Shown here one piece after another: positions 11,095 through 22,967 of a DNA stretch of 44,738 nucleotides (position 1 is the first letter of the stretch; each line of letters begins with the position of its first letter). The stretch spans positions 7,807,898 through 7,852,635 of the forward strand of contig NC_069004.1 in assembly GCF_001194135.2 (NCBI RefSeq), written 5' to 3'. A program made the translations under genes and the position numbers. The notes beneath the pieces were generated by a model that ran no database searches, was not told where the DNA came from, and worked only from the letters and a program-made list of their open reading frames with translations. Origin of the DNA: Octopus bimaculoides (Eukaryota).

Positions 11095-11600
11095 TATTGT
11101 TTTGTCTTGGTATAAAAAGATGGGCTACAGCAAATATTCTGCTTAATACCACAAATTTGCTTGTCAGTTGTTTGACCTTAACCAGTTGAGCATGTCCCTT
11201 GGTGGCTGACGATATGTGCATCTCTGATCATGAGCAGAAGTAGTGGGGAAGCATCATAGCCATGTGTTGATAGGAATTCTTTGGGGTTTGAATAATTCAC
11301 CTTTGTAAACATGGGTGTTTTGCTCAACATCCTTAAACAAACCTTATTCAGGGACCTTTTAAGCGGGATGGGCTACTCGACCTGAAGAAAATTCTAACTG
11401 GGCCCCACCTGTGAGGTCATGCGCTGTTTATCTTGATATGAGATCACCATGTAGCGCACATATGGTTGTGATGCATGTGCCTATGTGCCTGGTGTACCCT
11501 TATCCGATGGGTAGTCATGATGGGTATAATGGGCTTGGTATATTTTACCCCAATATCACTTTGATGGCATGCACTGCTCTCTCACTCAATAATAATATAC
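11095..11600 (+). mobile_element. About 500-bp unclassified interspersed repeat ending in an (AAT)n tail, probably a retroposon
   Basis: GC-richer block with sharp edges ending ctctctcactcAATAATAAT. I recall it as an abundant octopus repeat, but only one copy is present here, so the call rests partly on recall. Confidence 0.5.
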
Positions 11601-12724
11601 ATACATACATATATACATACGGTTATACGTATGTATATATGTATGAACAAAGCGTTTCATTCATCGTTCTTTATTTTCGGTGCGTCCTGCTTCTCTTTCT
11701 TCTCTTTGCATATTCTTCTACTTGTATTGCTTTCTATCAGTGTATGAATTAGATGGAAATTTGTATTACTTGAGATTTGTTGTGTTCTTGGATTGCTTTA
11801 AGTATGATAATTGAACTGTTCGCTTCTAACGCTATATCTCTTGAAAATATACAATTCGTATGTTATGTCTTACGGCAATTTGTAGTTTGAAGTTTCCAAC
11901 CGTGTTTTATACCGTTTCAGTATACTCGTCATTCATATTTTCACAGATGCCATCTTAAATCACAGGTCTAAGTCTTATTGTATGAATTATCACTGGAACC
12001 TAATCCGTTTGCTGTTTCTATACTGATTATTCTACACCTCTGTGCCGCTTTTTCTGCTGCCACTATTGCTATTGGCTGCTTTCTTCCTTCCTTTGGTGCT
12101 ACTGGCACAATCCTCTCTCCGACACGTGTCACCGAAATTCCTCCAAATTTACCCAACCCACACGTACAAAACTGCCCTTAAAACAAGCCCTCTGAAAGAA
12201 CTTATGTGTTCGAGATTGATACTGAAATATATTCTAGTATGAAATTAACACCGTCGTTATCACCGGTCACGAAGAACTGCGAAGATCATGGACTTACGTT
12301 TGTATGAGCTTAATCTGTATTGTAGAAATGTTCTTAACATACTTGCCTCATCTGAAACAATGATGTCTCATATTTCGTTCGTTTATTCAACGATCTCCAG
12401 TCGATCTGTCCAATACCTACGAATATATTATATTGTTTGAGAACAAGTGTTTTCAAATTAGGCAGAAGGTCGGCTAACACATAATGCGGTTTAGCCGATA
12501 TCATGAACTGTGCTACTTGAGACATACGTTATTTTCCCAACCCCAAACGAATAGAGAGCATAGCTACACAGTAAAGCTGGCCGTTACAGGATTAGAAGTT
12601 AGAATGATAAATATTGAAACATTACCGCAAAGCATTTTAGCCGATACTCTAACGATTCCAACAGCTACAAAAATAAAGCCATTGAAATTCATTGCCCTTC
12701 ACAAGCGAAGCCAAAGCACGACTG

Positions 12725-13135
12725 TGTAGTCAAAAAGGTCATTTTGCAACCATATCGCTCCGGGTTCAGTCAACCACTACAGCAGCTTGGCGAAGTGTCT
12801 TCTACTAAATCTCTGCGCGGCCTTGTCAGAAAATTTAATAGACGGAAATTATGTGGAAGCCTGTCGTCATATTACATACACACACGTATATATATATGTC
12901 TACCTCTGTGTCTATTCTTGTCATCACCATGCGCCATGAACACACAAACACACACAACGCTCGACAATTGGTGTAAGTATGCTTGCATCTCCGTAACATT
13001 AGTGGTTCGGCAAATGAGTCGATAAGATAAGTATCAATTTAAAGCAAAAACAAAAGCATAAGAATTCGGTCAAAACCCTTCAAGTCAGTGTGCAACATGT
13101 CTGCAGTCCAATGACTGAAACAAGGAAAAAACAAC
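12725..13135 (+). mobile_element. SINE family A, full length, diverged
   Basis: ccgggttcagtc...cagcttggcgaagtgtcttctacta...agacggaaa head and core, then ctccgtaacattagtggttcggcaaa...caatgactgaaacaag tail. Confidence 0.75.
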
Positions 13136-13314
13136 GAATAAGTTAATCACAAATGAATAACAGTTATTTCAACAATATTATGGAACAAACCACGGGACAC
13201 CACGACATTAAATGCAATAACAACAAAACAGCAACAAATATCAGATTCAATATCGTCTGAAAGTATACAAATCACTCATAGATTATATTGGATGAAATAA
13301 ACTGCGAATATTGA

Positions 13315-13700
13315 ATATGATTTCGGATTGAGTTCCACTGAGCAGCACTTTGGATAGATGCCTTGTACACTAGTTCCAAGGCGACCAATGTCTTGTGAGT
13401 AAATTCGGTAGATGGAAACTGTATAAAAGCTTGTCATACATATACGCGCATGTATGTATGCATGTGTGTATGCCCATGTGGCTTTGTCTTGGAGTGTGTG
13501 TCACTTGTCTCATCGATTGACGACGAATGTTGTTCTTTTACGTGACCAGTAACTTAGCAGTTCAGTAAAGGCCATCGATAAATAAGTACCGGACTTAAAT
13601 ATAAACATAATTTTGAGGATCGACTTCTTCGTCTGAAACACTTACAAGCGTTGCTCCAGCATGGTCGTAATCTAATAATATAAACAAGTGATAAGATAAA
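13315..13700 (+). mobile_element. SINE family A, near full length, diverged
   Basis: gagttccactgagcagcactttgg...cttgtgagtaaattcggtagatggaaactg...gtaacttagcagttc...gctccagcatggtcg, colinear with 32120-32567. Confidence 0.75.
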
Positions 13701-13704
13701 GTAT

Positions 13705-14150
13705 AAAAGATAAATTAGAGAAGAATCATGTTAGCAAAATCCTCTAAATCAAATGCCAAATAGCTCCCGCCAAATCCTAAACTAATATATCGATCATATG
13801 CTACAAAAACAATAGAATTTTATCTTCATCGATTACCAGCAAAAAAATGTATGTAAATCCGAGAAAGTTACTAATGATTTATGTGATCCATAAAATTGAT
13901 TACTTTCCTGAAAAATGTAAATATCACGTTTCAAGTTGTTACATTGGCCACACAAATACGATTCTTCCCTGCCGGCTCCTATGCATTTACAATACTAACT
14001 ACTACTACATGCGTCTTGCCATAAATGATGAAAGTATTCCGGATAGGAAATATGTTAGAGAGAAATATATTTACGCTGAAGAAAGTTCTCTAGGTAAACT
14101 GTTGATTAGTGAGAGAAAGTATATTATATTTTCACCACGCAGATATCAAA
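13705..14150 (+). mobile_element. Penelope-like retroelement remnant: RT-EN linker plus GIY-YIG endonuclease domain
   Basis: Translation DKLEKNHVSKIL*...*TNISIICYKNN...YVIHKIDYFPEKC...SCYIGHTNTILPCRL...IYAEESSLGKLLISERKYI follows the order and spacing of Penelope ORF C-termini (LIIYY...VVYxFxC..C...YIGxTTTTLSRRL...IL..E....RL.I.E...I). Compared by eye with recalled consensus. Confidence 0.7.
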
Positions 14151-14392
14151 GCTGGAGACAAAAGTTCGGGCCTTCAGGTCTTTGGTTCTCTCTCTCTCTT
14201 GCTTTACATTTGCGAGAACCGGACATTGTCGGGTCCCGCTGGAACTCCTTTGGTTCAGGACGCTTCACAAGATTAGGGTCTACCATTTGTAGGATTTCAT
14301 GTCCAACCAACAATCCAACAAGTATGCTTAGACTGTTTGGCCTTGTCGATTTCGATCCTGCTTACCGTGTTATCAAGTTTGTTCACTTATAA
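13781..14392 (+). CDS. Open frame of 203 codons (ATG at 13847, 181 aa) covering the Penelope-like GIY-YIG domain plus an unrelated tail of about 80 aa
   Basis: No stop between TAA 13778-13780 and TAA 14390-14392; the longest ORF here that is not a simple repeat or gap. Expression unknown. Confidence 0.35.
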   Translation, partial: TNISIICYKNNRILSSSITSKKMYVNPRKLLMIYVIHKIDYFPEKCKYHVSSCYIGHTNTILPCRLLCIYNTNYYYMRLAINDESIPDRKYVREKYIYAEESSLGKLLISERKYIIFSPRRYQSWRQKFGPSGLWFSLSLALHLREPDIVGSRWNSFGSGRFTRLGSTICRISCPTNNPTSMLRLFGLVDFDPAYRVIKFVHL

Positions 14393-14497
14393 ATCCATTA
14401 CATGTAAACCGCAAGATCAGTGACTGTGTGTCACTTTTAAAATTATAGATATTTTCGAACGGGTGTACATAGATACATGGATATATCAAGCGATCGA

Positions 14498-14499
14498 TT

Positions 14500-14564
<65 letters not shown>

Positions 14565-14572
14565 GTAGATAG
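14498..14572. repeat. (GATA)n microsatellite
   Basis: Direct reading. Confidence 0.95.
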
Positions 14573-15214
14573 TGGAAAGAGCGAAAAACAGATGTTCAGG
14601 CTAAGTTCTTCTATCTGTTTACGCTACAACACTTGTTTAAATAGGTGATGTAACTATAATCAAACATACACATAAATTGCGAAGCATAATCTCCTTGGTG
14701 CAATATTCTCGTTATAAAGAAACCATTATATTTTTTTTTCTTCTTAAGTGCCATTCTGTCCAATAACAATGGTTTCCTGGATACATATTTTATTCTTCCA
14801 GGTTACGGCTCTCTATCTGATCCTCGTATCCGTTCTGGTTTTGTTATTCTTATAGTGCATAATACAAAATTTCCTCTGGTTTTATGTTTGAGTCAGACTG
14901 TTCCGTAATAATTCCATACGAAGTTAATAAAAGATGGATTTAAAGATTTTCAGTGAAGAATATATTCTGCCGATTGCACTATAACTTAATCCGTTCTTAA
15001 AGTGCAAATAACATTAAAAATACTTATGCTAGATAGTTGTAAGCTTTCCTTTCTTTTCAAATTTGACAGACATTTATGGCAGTCGATTAAAGAGTGCCCC
15101 AGGAACTAGATGACGTTATATTATACCGCTATGACGCCTTCGCGAATTTTTCCATTGATCAGAAATTGTTAATAACATTCAAATCTATTTCTCTAGCTAG
15201 TTAGCTACCTCTCC

Positions 15215-15215
15215 A

Positions 15216-15280
<65 letters not shown>

Positions 15281-15476
15281 TTATTTATCTATCTATCCAT
15301 CTATCTATCTACCAACGTACCTACCTACCTACTTTTCTACCTACCTACCTACTTGCCATCGATGCATCTAGATAAATAGCTCAATAGATATAGAGAGAGA
15401 GATGTAGATAGATAGACAAATAAACAAACAGATAGACAGATATATAGATAGGTAGATAGATTAGATAGACAGATAT

Positions 15477-15544
<68 letters not shown>

Positions 15545-15565
15545 GCAGACAGACAGATAGATAGA
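15215..15565. repeat. Head-to-head tetranucleotide array: (TCTG)n(TCTA)n, spacer, (TAGA)n(CAGA)n
   Basis: The left and right tracts are mutual reverse complements; centre near 15358-15370 (atcgatgcatctaga). Confidence 0.9.
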
Positions 15566-15604
15566 TGTTTATCACTCAATCTATCTAACAACCTTGCTAC
15601 TACA

Positions 15605-15643
15605 TGTGTGAATGTGCACTGTGTGAATGTGCACTGTGTGCAC
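15605..15643. repeat. 15-bp tandem repeat, 2.5 units
   Basis: TGTGTGAATGTGCAC twice plus TGTGTGCAC. Confidence 0.85.
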
Positions 15644-15689
15644 GTTGTATGTGTGCGTATGCTTATCTATCTCTGTTTGTGAATAACCA

Positions 15690-15700
15690 TCATCATCATT

Positions 15701-15732
<32 letters not shown>

Positions 15733-15735
15733 TAT
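15690..15735. repeat. (ATC)n microsatellite
   Basis: Direct reading. Confidence 0.9.
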
Positions 15736-15904
15736 GAAGTATAAGCCACATACACACTCATATGCATGTATTTGTATATATATAAATACTCACACAGACA
15801 TATATTTTCTTATCTTTTGATATATATATATATATGTATATGAATAAATGAATGAATATATATGTGTATATGTGTGTGTGTATGTATAGAGGTGTATATA
15901 TGTA

Positions 15905-15918
15905 TATGTAAGTATGTA

Positions 15919-16000
<82 letters not shown>

Positions 16001-16012
16001 CATATACATATA
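15905..16012. repeat. (AT)n/(ATATAC)n microsatellite
   Basis: Direct reading. Confidence 0.95.
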
Positions 16013-16054
16013 CTTGCATATATGATAACCTGGTGTTAGAACTCATTATATATA

Positions 16055-16057
<3 letters not shown>

Positions 16058-16085
<28 letters not shown>

Positions 16086-16282
16086 CTGTGTGTCCCAATA
16101 TCCCTTGACAACCGATGCTGGTGTGTTTACGTCCCCGTAACATAGCGTTTCGACAGAAAGAGCTCGATAGAATAAGTACTAGGCTTACAAAAAATAAGCC
16201 CTGGAGTCGATTTGTTCGACCAAAGGCGGTGCTCCAGCATGGCTGCAGCCAAACGACTGACACAAGTAAAAGAGTAAAAGAG
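16058..16282 (+). mobile_element. SINE family A, 3' half with (TG)n tract and (AAAGAGT)n tail; little diverged
   Basis: ttgacaaccgatgctggtgtgtttacgtccccgtaac...gatagaataagtactaggcttaca...aaaggcggtgctccagcatggc...gtaaaagagtaaaagag. Confidence 0.9.
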
Positions 16283-16413
16283 ATACATATGTAAATACCT
16301 ACCTAATTAAAACATATGTTTTAATTAGTGATAAATGTATAGTGATTGTTTTGATGCTAACGGAGGTGCGATCTGATATTAAGTATTACAGTGTAGAATT
16401 TCACCTCTGTTAG

Positions 16414-16484
16414 AGAGTAATACTGGTAGTTCTGCTCATAGATTAAAACGATCTCTTGGCAGTGAATGGCGATTAAGTGGAGAG
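16414..16484 (+). other. Candidate internal exon of an unidentified plus-strand transcript
   Basis: Acceptor aatttcacctctgttAG, consensus donor GAG|GTAAGT; one open frame (SNTGSSAHRLKRSLGSEWRLSGE). A strong acceptor follows at 17087 after a T-rich 603-nt interval. No homology recognised. Confidence 0.35.
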
Positions 16485-18566
16485 GTAAGTCTTAGCTTTC
16501 TTCACTCTCTTCACAAAAACGAAATTACTATATTTTTATATAATGAGAATTTTTGCTTCCGACTAGTTTCTTTTAGTCAAGTTTATGTTGTTTTTAAGTG
16601 AAAATATTGGTTTAAATCTATTTTCTATAATTATATCATATATTTTATATTTTATATTTATTGTCTACATTAATTTTGCCCATGTCGTAAGCAATTGATA
16701 TTTGATCATTAAAGTGATATGTTATTCCGTTGGTTTACATTTAGATCACATTAATTATGCTTTCATCTTTTAAGTATGTTAGTGAGAATTTTCGTTACGA
16801 TTTGTGTATTTTAGTTAATTTTATAACATATCTTTCTTGGGTAAACACATTCTTTCAAATATATGTTTGATATTGAAGGTTTATACAAAACTAAATATTT
16901 ATTTAAGTGAGTGATATATTATTCCATTAGCATAAGTTTCTTTCTTTTTAATTATGTTTCGTATTTTAAGTATCATCGTTAGGTAGAAAAGACTGTTAAT
17001 TTATGTTCTTTAGTTAATTTTATGTCTACAATTCGAAGCTGGTGATTCTTAGATTAATACATTTTTCGTTTTGTATATTTTCAACAGATGGTTTTGAAGT
17101 GCTATACTTCTTGGGTGCCAGTGCCCATGTCAATGTTTTCTATATTTTCTGATTTCTATCCTTTGGAGCCACGTAACGTTCTATGTCTGAAATAGGATTA
17201 TTCAATTTGTGTTTTCTACTACGATGCAGGTATTGAAATAATGGGCATATTTTGCACATGGCTGGCCTTCTGCTGTTATTTGTTAATTCTCAATCAACCT
17301 GTACGAGTTTAACGCCACTGATGCCACTGGGCTGAATGATACTGCAGAAGTACAGAAAAGATAATGATATCCATTAGGCAGCTGAAGATGTGATGTATAT
17401 CTCTACTGAGCATGTGTGTGTGTGTGTGTGTTTATATGCGTAAGTGTTTTAACTGCCAACAGCTTTTCTGTCTTTCCTTCTGTGGGATTTAAGCTATCCT
17501 ACATTGAAATTATAGTTCATGCATAGGTAAACTTGTTTAGAGTGTACTTGTTTTTTTTGTTAATTTTGTTTTTGTTGTATACATTATAATATTCGTTGAT
17601 TTTACATGATTCTATTTCATTGGAATTTGATTAGGAGTTTCTAGTTTGAGGTCGGTAGGTAGGTATCTCTACACATAAATGGTTGTGTATATGTGTGCAG
17701 TTATTTGTAAATATACTAGATAGAGAGTCCCTGATGATAAACGACAATTAGCGGTCAACATATGAATTACGAATAGGTTGTAATGCTGCCCAGCTCTAAC
17801 CCTGGCACGCTGTTGCCGCCGGTAGCTATTGTCCATCCTTACACATTGACACAGATGCAACGGAGACATAGTATACTTCCAATTTACTAAGATAAAGGAG
17901 AAAATCGCTTTTATTTCCACATCAGTTTATCTGGGATCAATTATTGACAAAATCAAGCATAGTAGTATATATTAATGGCATTAAAATACCAGACTCATTA
18001 AAACGGTATTTATTCATACATGCCTTATATATATTAGATTTTATCATGCAAGATAGAACGTCGGCTTACTTTTAGTCGAAATGGATACATATCCTCGCGA
18101 ATTTGCGGAGGAAATTTGGTTCACACTAAAGAATGCGTAAAATTATATGAGGGAAATGCATTAATATATTTGAAACGTTTGGAAGAAATATAAAATTGAT
18201 TTTTTTTNNNNNNNNNNNNNNNNNNNNNNNNNNNNNNNNNNNNNNNNNNNNNNNNNNNNNNNNNNNNNNNNNNNNNNNNNNNNNNNNNNNNNNNNNNNNN
18301 NNNNNNNNNNNNNNNNNNNNNNNNNNNNNNNNNNNNNNNNNNNNNNNNNNNNNNNNNNNNNNNNNNNNNNNNNNNNNNNNNNNNNNNNNNNNNNNNNNNN
18401 NNNNNNNNNNNNNNNNNNNNNNNNNNNNNNNNNNNNNNNNNNNNNNNNNNNNNNNNNNNNNNNNNNNNNNNNNNNNNNNNNNNNNNNNNNNNNNNNNNNN
18501 NNNNNTATATATATATATACCTGTATATGTGTGTATACAAGTAGATACATAAATAGCTAGGCGGAC

Positions 18567-18622
<56 letters not shown>

Positions 18623-18721
18623 TGAGAGAGAGAGAGACAGAGAGAGAGAGATGTGTGCTGAAAATTCCACCATTTCAACACCTGTTTCTACTTAAGTACA
18701 AACATACGCACACATATATAC

Positions 18722-18768
<47 letters not shown>

Positions 18769-18814
18769 TGTGAGCGAGTATGTATGCATGGGTGTGTGCG
18801 TGTTTTTCTTTGCC

Positions 18815-18978
18815 CATGTTGGTGTGATTACGTCCTCGTAAATTAGGTGTTCGATCAAAATGTACCAGACCTTAGAAAAGTAAATACAAGCGTCGATTCA
18901 TTCGACTACAAATTACCCAATATTTTGCCCCAGTATGGCCGGTCACAGTCTAATAACTGAAACAAGCAGAAGATTAAA
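18815..18978 (+). mobile_element. SINE family A, 3' fragment
   Basis: gttggtgtgattacgtcctcgtaaattaggtgttcg...gtcgattcattcgacta...ccccagtatggcc...actgaaacaag. Confidence 0.7.
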
Positions 18979-19829
18979 GGAATTATAGTATTAGAAATAT
19001 AACTGAACTACCGATGAAACAATTGTATATTAATCTCTCCGTTAGCCTTAGACTCACAATCGTTTTGATCAGTATAAAAGCATTTTGTATCTGTAAACAA
19101 AAGTATACGTTATAATATTGAATCACGGAATTTCAATATAGATCGCTTTACAAAAGCAAAATTCCCGCCCCCATAACAGATTGTGTGTAAATATGTATGT
19201 TTTCATAGAATTCGCATATCAATGGTAGTCATGGTTTTCCATTATTTTGACTGTTTTGTCAAAAGAAAATAGATATTCTTGTATATATGAGCTTGTGTAT
19301 GTGTATCAGTGACTGTATGTGTTTGTGTGCGCGTGTGTGTCTGCGTGTGTGTGTGTGTGTGTTTGTGTGTATAGTTTCCTAGACGTTCGTGCAAAATGAG
19401 AAGATATTTATTAACAATTGGTATAAAGAAAATTTATTAAATGGATAAGATGCCATTTAGATGACCTCATGAGTGTAAAATAATTTATGAATAATTAATA
19501 AGAATTAATTACACTATGTTTCAATTACCATTAATATCAACTTCGCACAGTGGTATATTTGTGTGTATGTATGTATATATATATATATATATATATNNNN
19601 NNNNNNNNNNNNNNNNNNNNNNNNNNNNNNNNNNNNNNNNNNNNNNNNNNNNNNNNNNNNNNNNNNNNNNNNNNNNNNNNNNNNNNNNNNNNNNNNNNNN
19701 NNNNNNNNNNNNNNNNNNNNNNNNNNNNNNNNNNNNNNNNNNNNNNNNNNNNNNNNNNNNNNNNNNNNNNNNNNNNNNNNNNNNNNNNNNNNNNNNNNNN
19801 NNNNNNNNNNNNNNNNNNNNNNNNNNNNN

Positions 19830-19864
<35 letters not shown>

Positions 19865-19922
19865 GAGAATATACAAAAAATAACAACAGACGAGGACAGG
19901 TGGTGTAAATAACAAAAGTATA

Positions 19923-20062
19923 TATTAGTATGACATATACATTAGTATGACATATACATATTAGTATGACATATACATTCATACATACATATATACATAC
20001 ATACATACATGCATACATACATACCTGCATACATACATGCATACATACATACATGCATACAT
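19923..20062. repeat. Three copies of a 17-19-bp unit (ATTAGTATGACATATAC) followed by (ATAC)n
   Basis: Direct reading. Confidence 0.85.
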
Positions 20063-20769
20063 AAGGGCACACATATACATCCACACTTGTCCAGCTGCAA
20101 GTTTACCCCCAAGAGACAAGCACACTCATTCTGGTATTTAAATAAATATGTTTTCCTGTACGCCTGCGTGTGTCTGCGATTGTGTGTGGTTGTGTAATTA
20201 TGATTACGCTAATCAACTAATTGTCACAGTATAAGTGAACTGATTCTATTCACCTAGCAGAGTTATATTTCCTCAGCTTTAACAGATGTCCACATTGTCT
20301 ACAAACTTTACCGCCTATCAAGCTTATCCATTCCCCTTCAGCAATTCCAAACTAACCTATACATCCATAGATTATCCGAGTCTATATTCAACATCTTGCG
20401 GTGCAGCACGTCCCCAATCACTCTAGGTGTTTGTTATTTTGTAAGACTTGTTATCAAAAGACTTCGAATATCTGCATTCAATCAAAAGAAGCACAGAATG
20501 TGCCATTGATAGGAACACGTACAACCAATAAAAGATCGAACGTCTAAAGAATATTTTGATATAGGAAAACGCTGCCATCATTACACCTGGTCGGGCGGAA
20601 AGTACAAGAAATATCAGTTGAATGGTTATTTTTAACCATAGATTCCTAGATCTTAAAGAAATTTCAAAGCATTTTTTTTTTATAGAAAGAGTTATATTTC
20701 CCCTTTATATGGCACGTAAACCTGAACCTGGGTTTAAAATTAGCCCCTGCAGTCTCTAACATTCATTAC

Positions 20770-20876
20770 CTTTTATTTATAATTTTCTGAATCCCGTCCA
20801 AAACACACTTATCCTCCATATATTTCCCGGACATGACGACCACTCCAGCGACGATATTAGCTGAAACTTTACCAGC
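20770..20876 (-). CDS. Candidate coding exon, unidentified protein (AGKVSANIVAGVVVMSGKYMEDKCVLDGIQKIINK)
   Basis: Donor AAG|GTAATG; acceptors ttttacgtatAG (boundary 20876) or gtttcAG (boundary 20860); open frame across the GC-richer block. The TIR-like resemblance is by eye only. Confidence 0.3.
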
Positions 20877-22211
20877 CTATACGTAAAACCAATAAATACG
20901 CATTTCGCTTCCATAAAAATTGTAAATATGTACTTAGATTATATGTCTTTTTGTTTACTTATGTAGTATTTTTATGTTGTTCACACCGGATACTGTTTCG
21001 ATTTTTTCTTCCTGGTAACTTACACTTCCATTGGTAGTGGGTTATCGTGTATTTGTTACTGTATTAACGCTTCTATAACTAACAGAATCCAGTTAGCTTA
21101 TACTGTACATTGATAGACAAAACTAAGTATTATATCTCTAAACTAAACAGCATACAACTTATACACTTATTTCAAACGGCTTATTTTTATTTACGATGCA
21201 GCATATTCCTTTTGACACCATCTACCAAAACAGAAAGTATGCTATTGTATTATAACCAATTGGCTGATAATTATAAAAGAAGTGAAGCAGAATCACTGCG
21301 TGTGTTTATTATTGGTATAATGAGACAAAAGATATACTTAATAATAAATGTTTTAAATATGTTGCTATTTACATATGGGTTAAAGAGCGACTACGCTGCA
21401 GTGTTTCTTCTGTCAAAAAACGCCTACGGAAATACCAGTCCCAAATTGCCACAGAAAGAAACATTTGTAACTTGAGAAAAAAAGAGACTATGATAATTAA
21501 CAAGCACAGTTCAAGAATTAGTAACACATTTGAATTGCACACACGGGAATTGGATACTGTAGCAACGCGAAACAACATTTCATATACACTATTGGTATCA
21601 TATTGTTTCTCTACAATTCACAGCAGATCTTGTTGTTTATTTCTACTTAACATCTTAAAACATTAAAATAAAATCTACAGACAAACAAGATAGATTTGAG
21701 AGACAATCGAATCTTTGCAGCACTTTTCACAATACTAAAGTATCAACGATAATTGTACTTACATTGAAACTGTTTTCTCCCGCGAATGCTTTTCCGGTGC
21801 TAAATTTTAAGTAATAAGAAATTAAACAAGTAAACATGTTTAAAAATAACAATATAATTACTCTGTAGCGGTGAATTAAGTTCTTTTTGCATTGTTTGTA
21901 CTATACAATACAAACATATATAGATTGTGTGTACGGGAATGCGTCTGTGTCTCTATGCGTGTATGACTGTGTGAGAGTGTTTATGTATCTATATGCTATG
22001 CGTTTGTATGTGGTTGTTCATGCCATTTTTCAACAATGATTGTGGAACTTTGACATATAGTTGTCCCTTATAGATAACTCAAGTACCCTTAATATGAATG
22101 GATAAAACGAATGGTTAGCCCATCCATGAAACCAGATGTATGATTAGAAATTTCAAGATTTGGAGAAATAAATCATAGACATACACACATACATGTATAA
22201 TGCATGCATAC

Positions 22212-22270
<59 letters not shown>

Positions 22271-22297
22271 CGTATATATATATATATATATATATAT
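22212..22297. repeat. (CA)n then (AT)n microsatellite
   Basis: Direct reading. Confidence 0.95.
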
Positions 22298-22789
22298 GGA
22301 CACCTATAACCATACACAAATACATACACACAGAGGTTTTGTATGGATGCTTATATATAGGCACTCCGCTATGCATATATGCGTTTCCAAATATATGTAC
22401 ACATGTATTTACGTGCGTATCTATATATGTTCCCATGAATAAATTTTTATTAGCACGTGCGAGTGGATGTGCGTTTGTGTGTGTGTGTTCTCTCGTATAT
22501 ATAAATATATATATATATTATCGTTTCCGAAACACTCGCAAGAAGATATATTGGACGTGTGTATATCAGTGTATTCAAGTAATGGATATCGAAACGAATA
22601 TCCAGTTATAGGATCTCTATAATATCATTTTGAGATTATTCTTCCTTCAAATAAATCAAATAATCTACCATTGACGTTGTGAATTCAGCAAAGATTTGAG
22701 AGTCTTACGCTTGGTCCAAATATTTAAATATTTCAAGCGATTGGAATATGATTATGTATATATCTGTGAATGTATCTATATGTATATAG

Positions 22790-22821
<32 letters not shown>

Positions 22822-22824
22822 GCG

Positions 22825-22965
22825 CTTGGCTGGTACTTATAGTATCGATCGTGAATGGATGAAAGGTAAAGTCAACCTCAACGGGAGTTGAACTCAGAAT
22901 ATAAAACCAGAATTCCTGCTAATCATTTTGTTCAACGTTCTAGCAATTTAACCAGCTTTGCCACT
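22825..22965 (-). mobile_element. SINE family B copy
   Basis: ggatgaaaggtaaagtcaacctcaacgggagttgaactcagaa matches the family B core on the plus strand of reverse copies. Confidence 0.75.
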
Positions 22966-22967
22966 TT

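Noticed and set aside
11947-12030. Strong plus-strand acceptor (attttcacAG) followed by DAILNHRSKSYCMNYHWNLIRLLFLY*
   Set aside because: All frames stop quickly and there is no good donor; it could be a non-coding or terminal exon but cannot be supported. The signal-peptide-like ORF 12042-12242 has only a GTG start.
16861-16873. ATATGTTTGATAT, matching part of miR-190
   Set aside because: Only 13 AT-rich bases match, the 3' part differs, and no complementary arm is visible.
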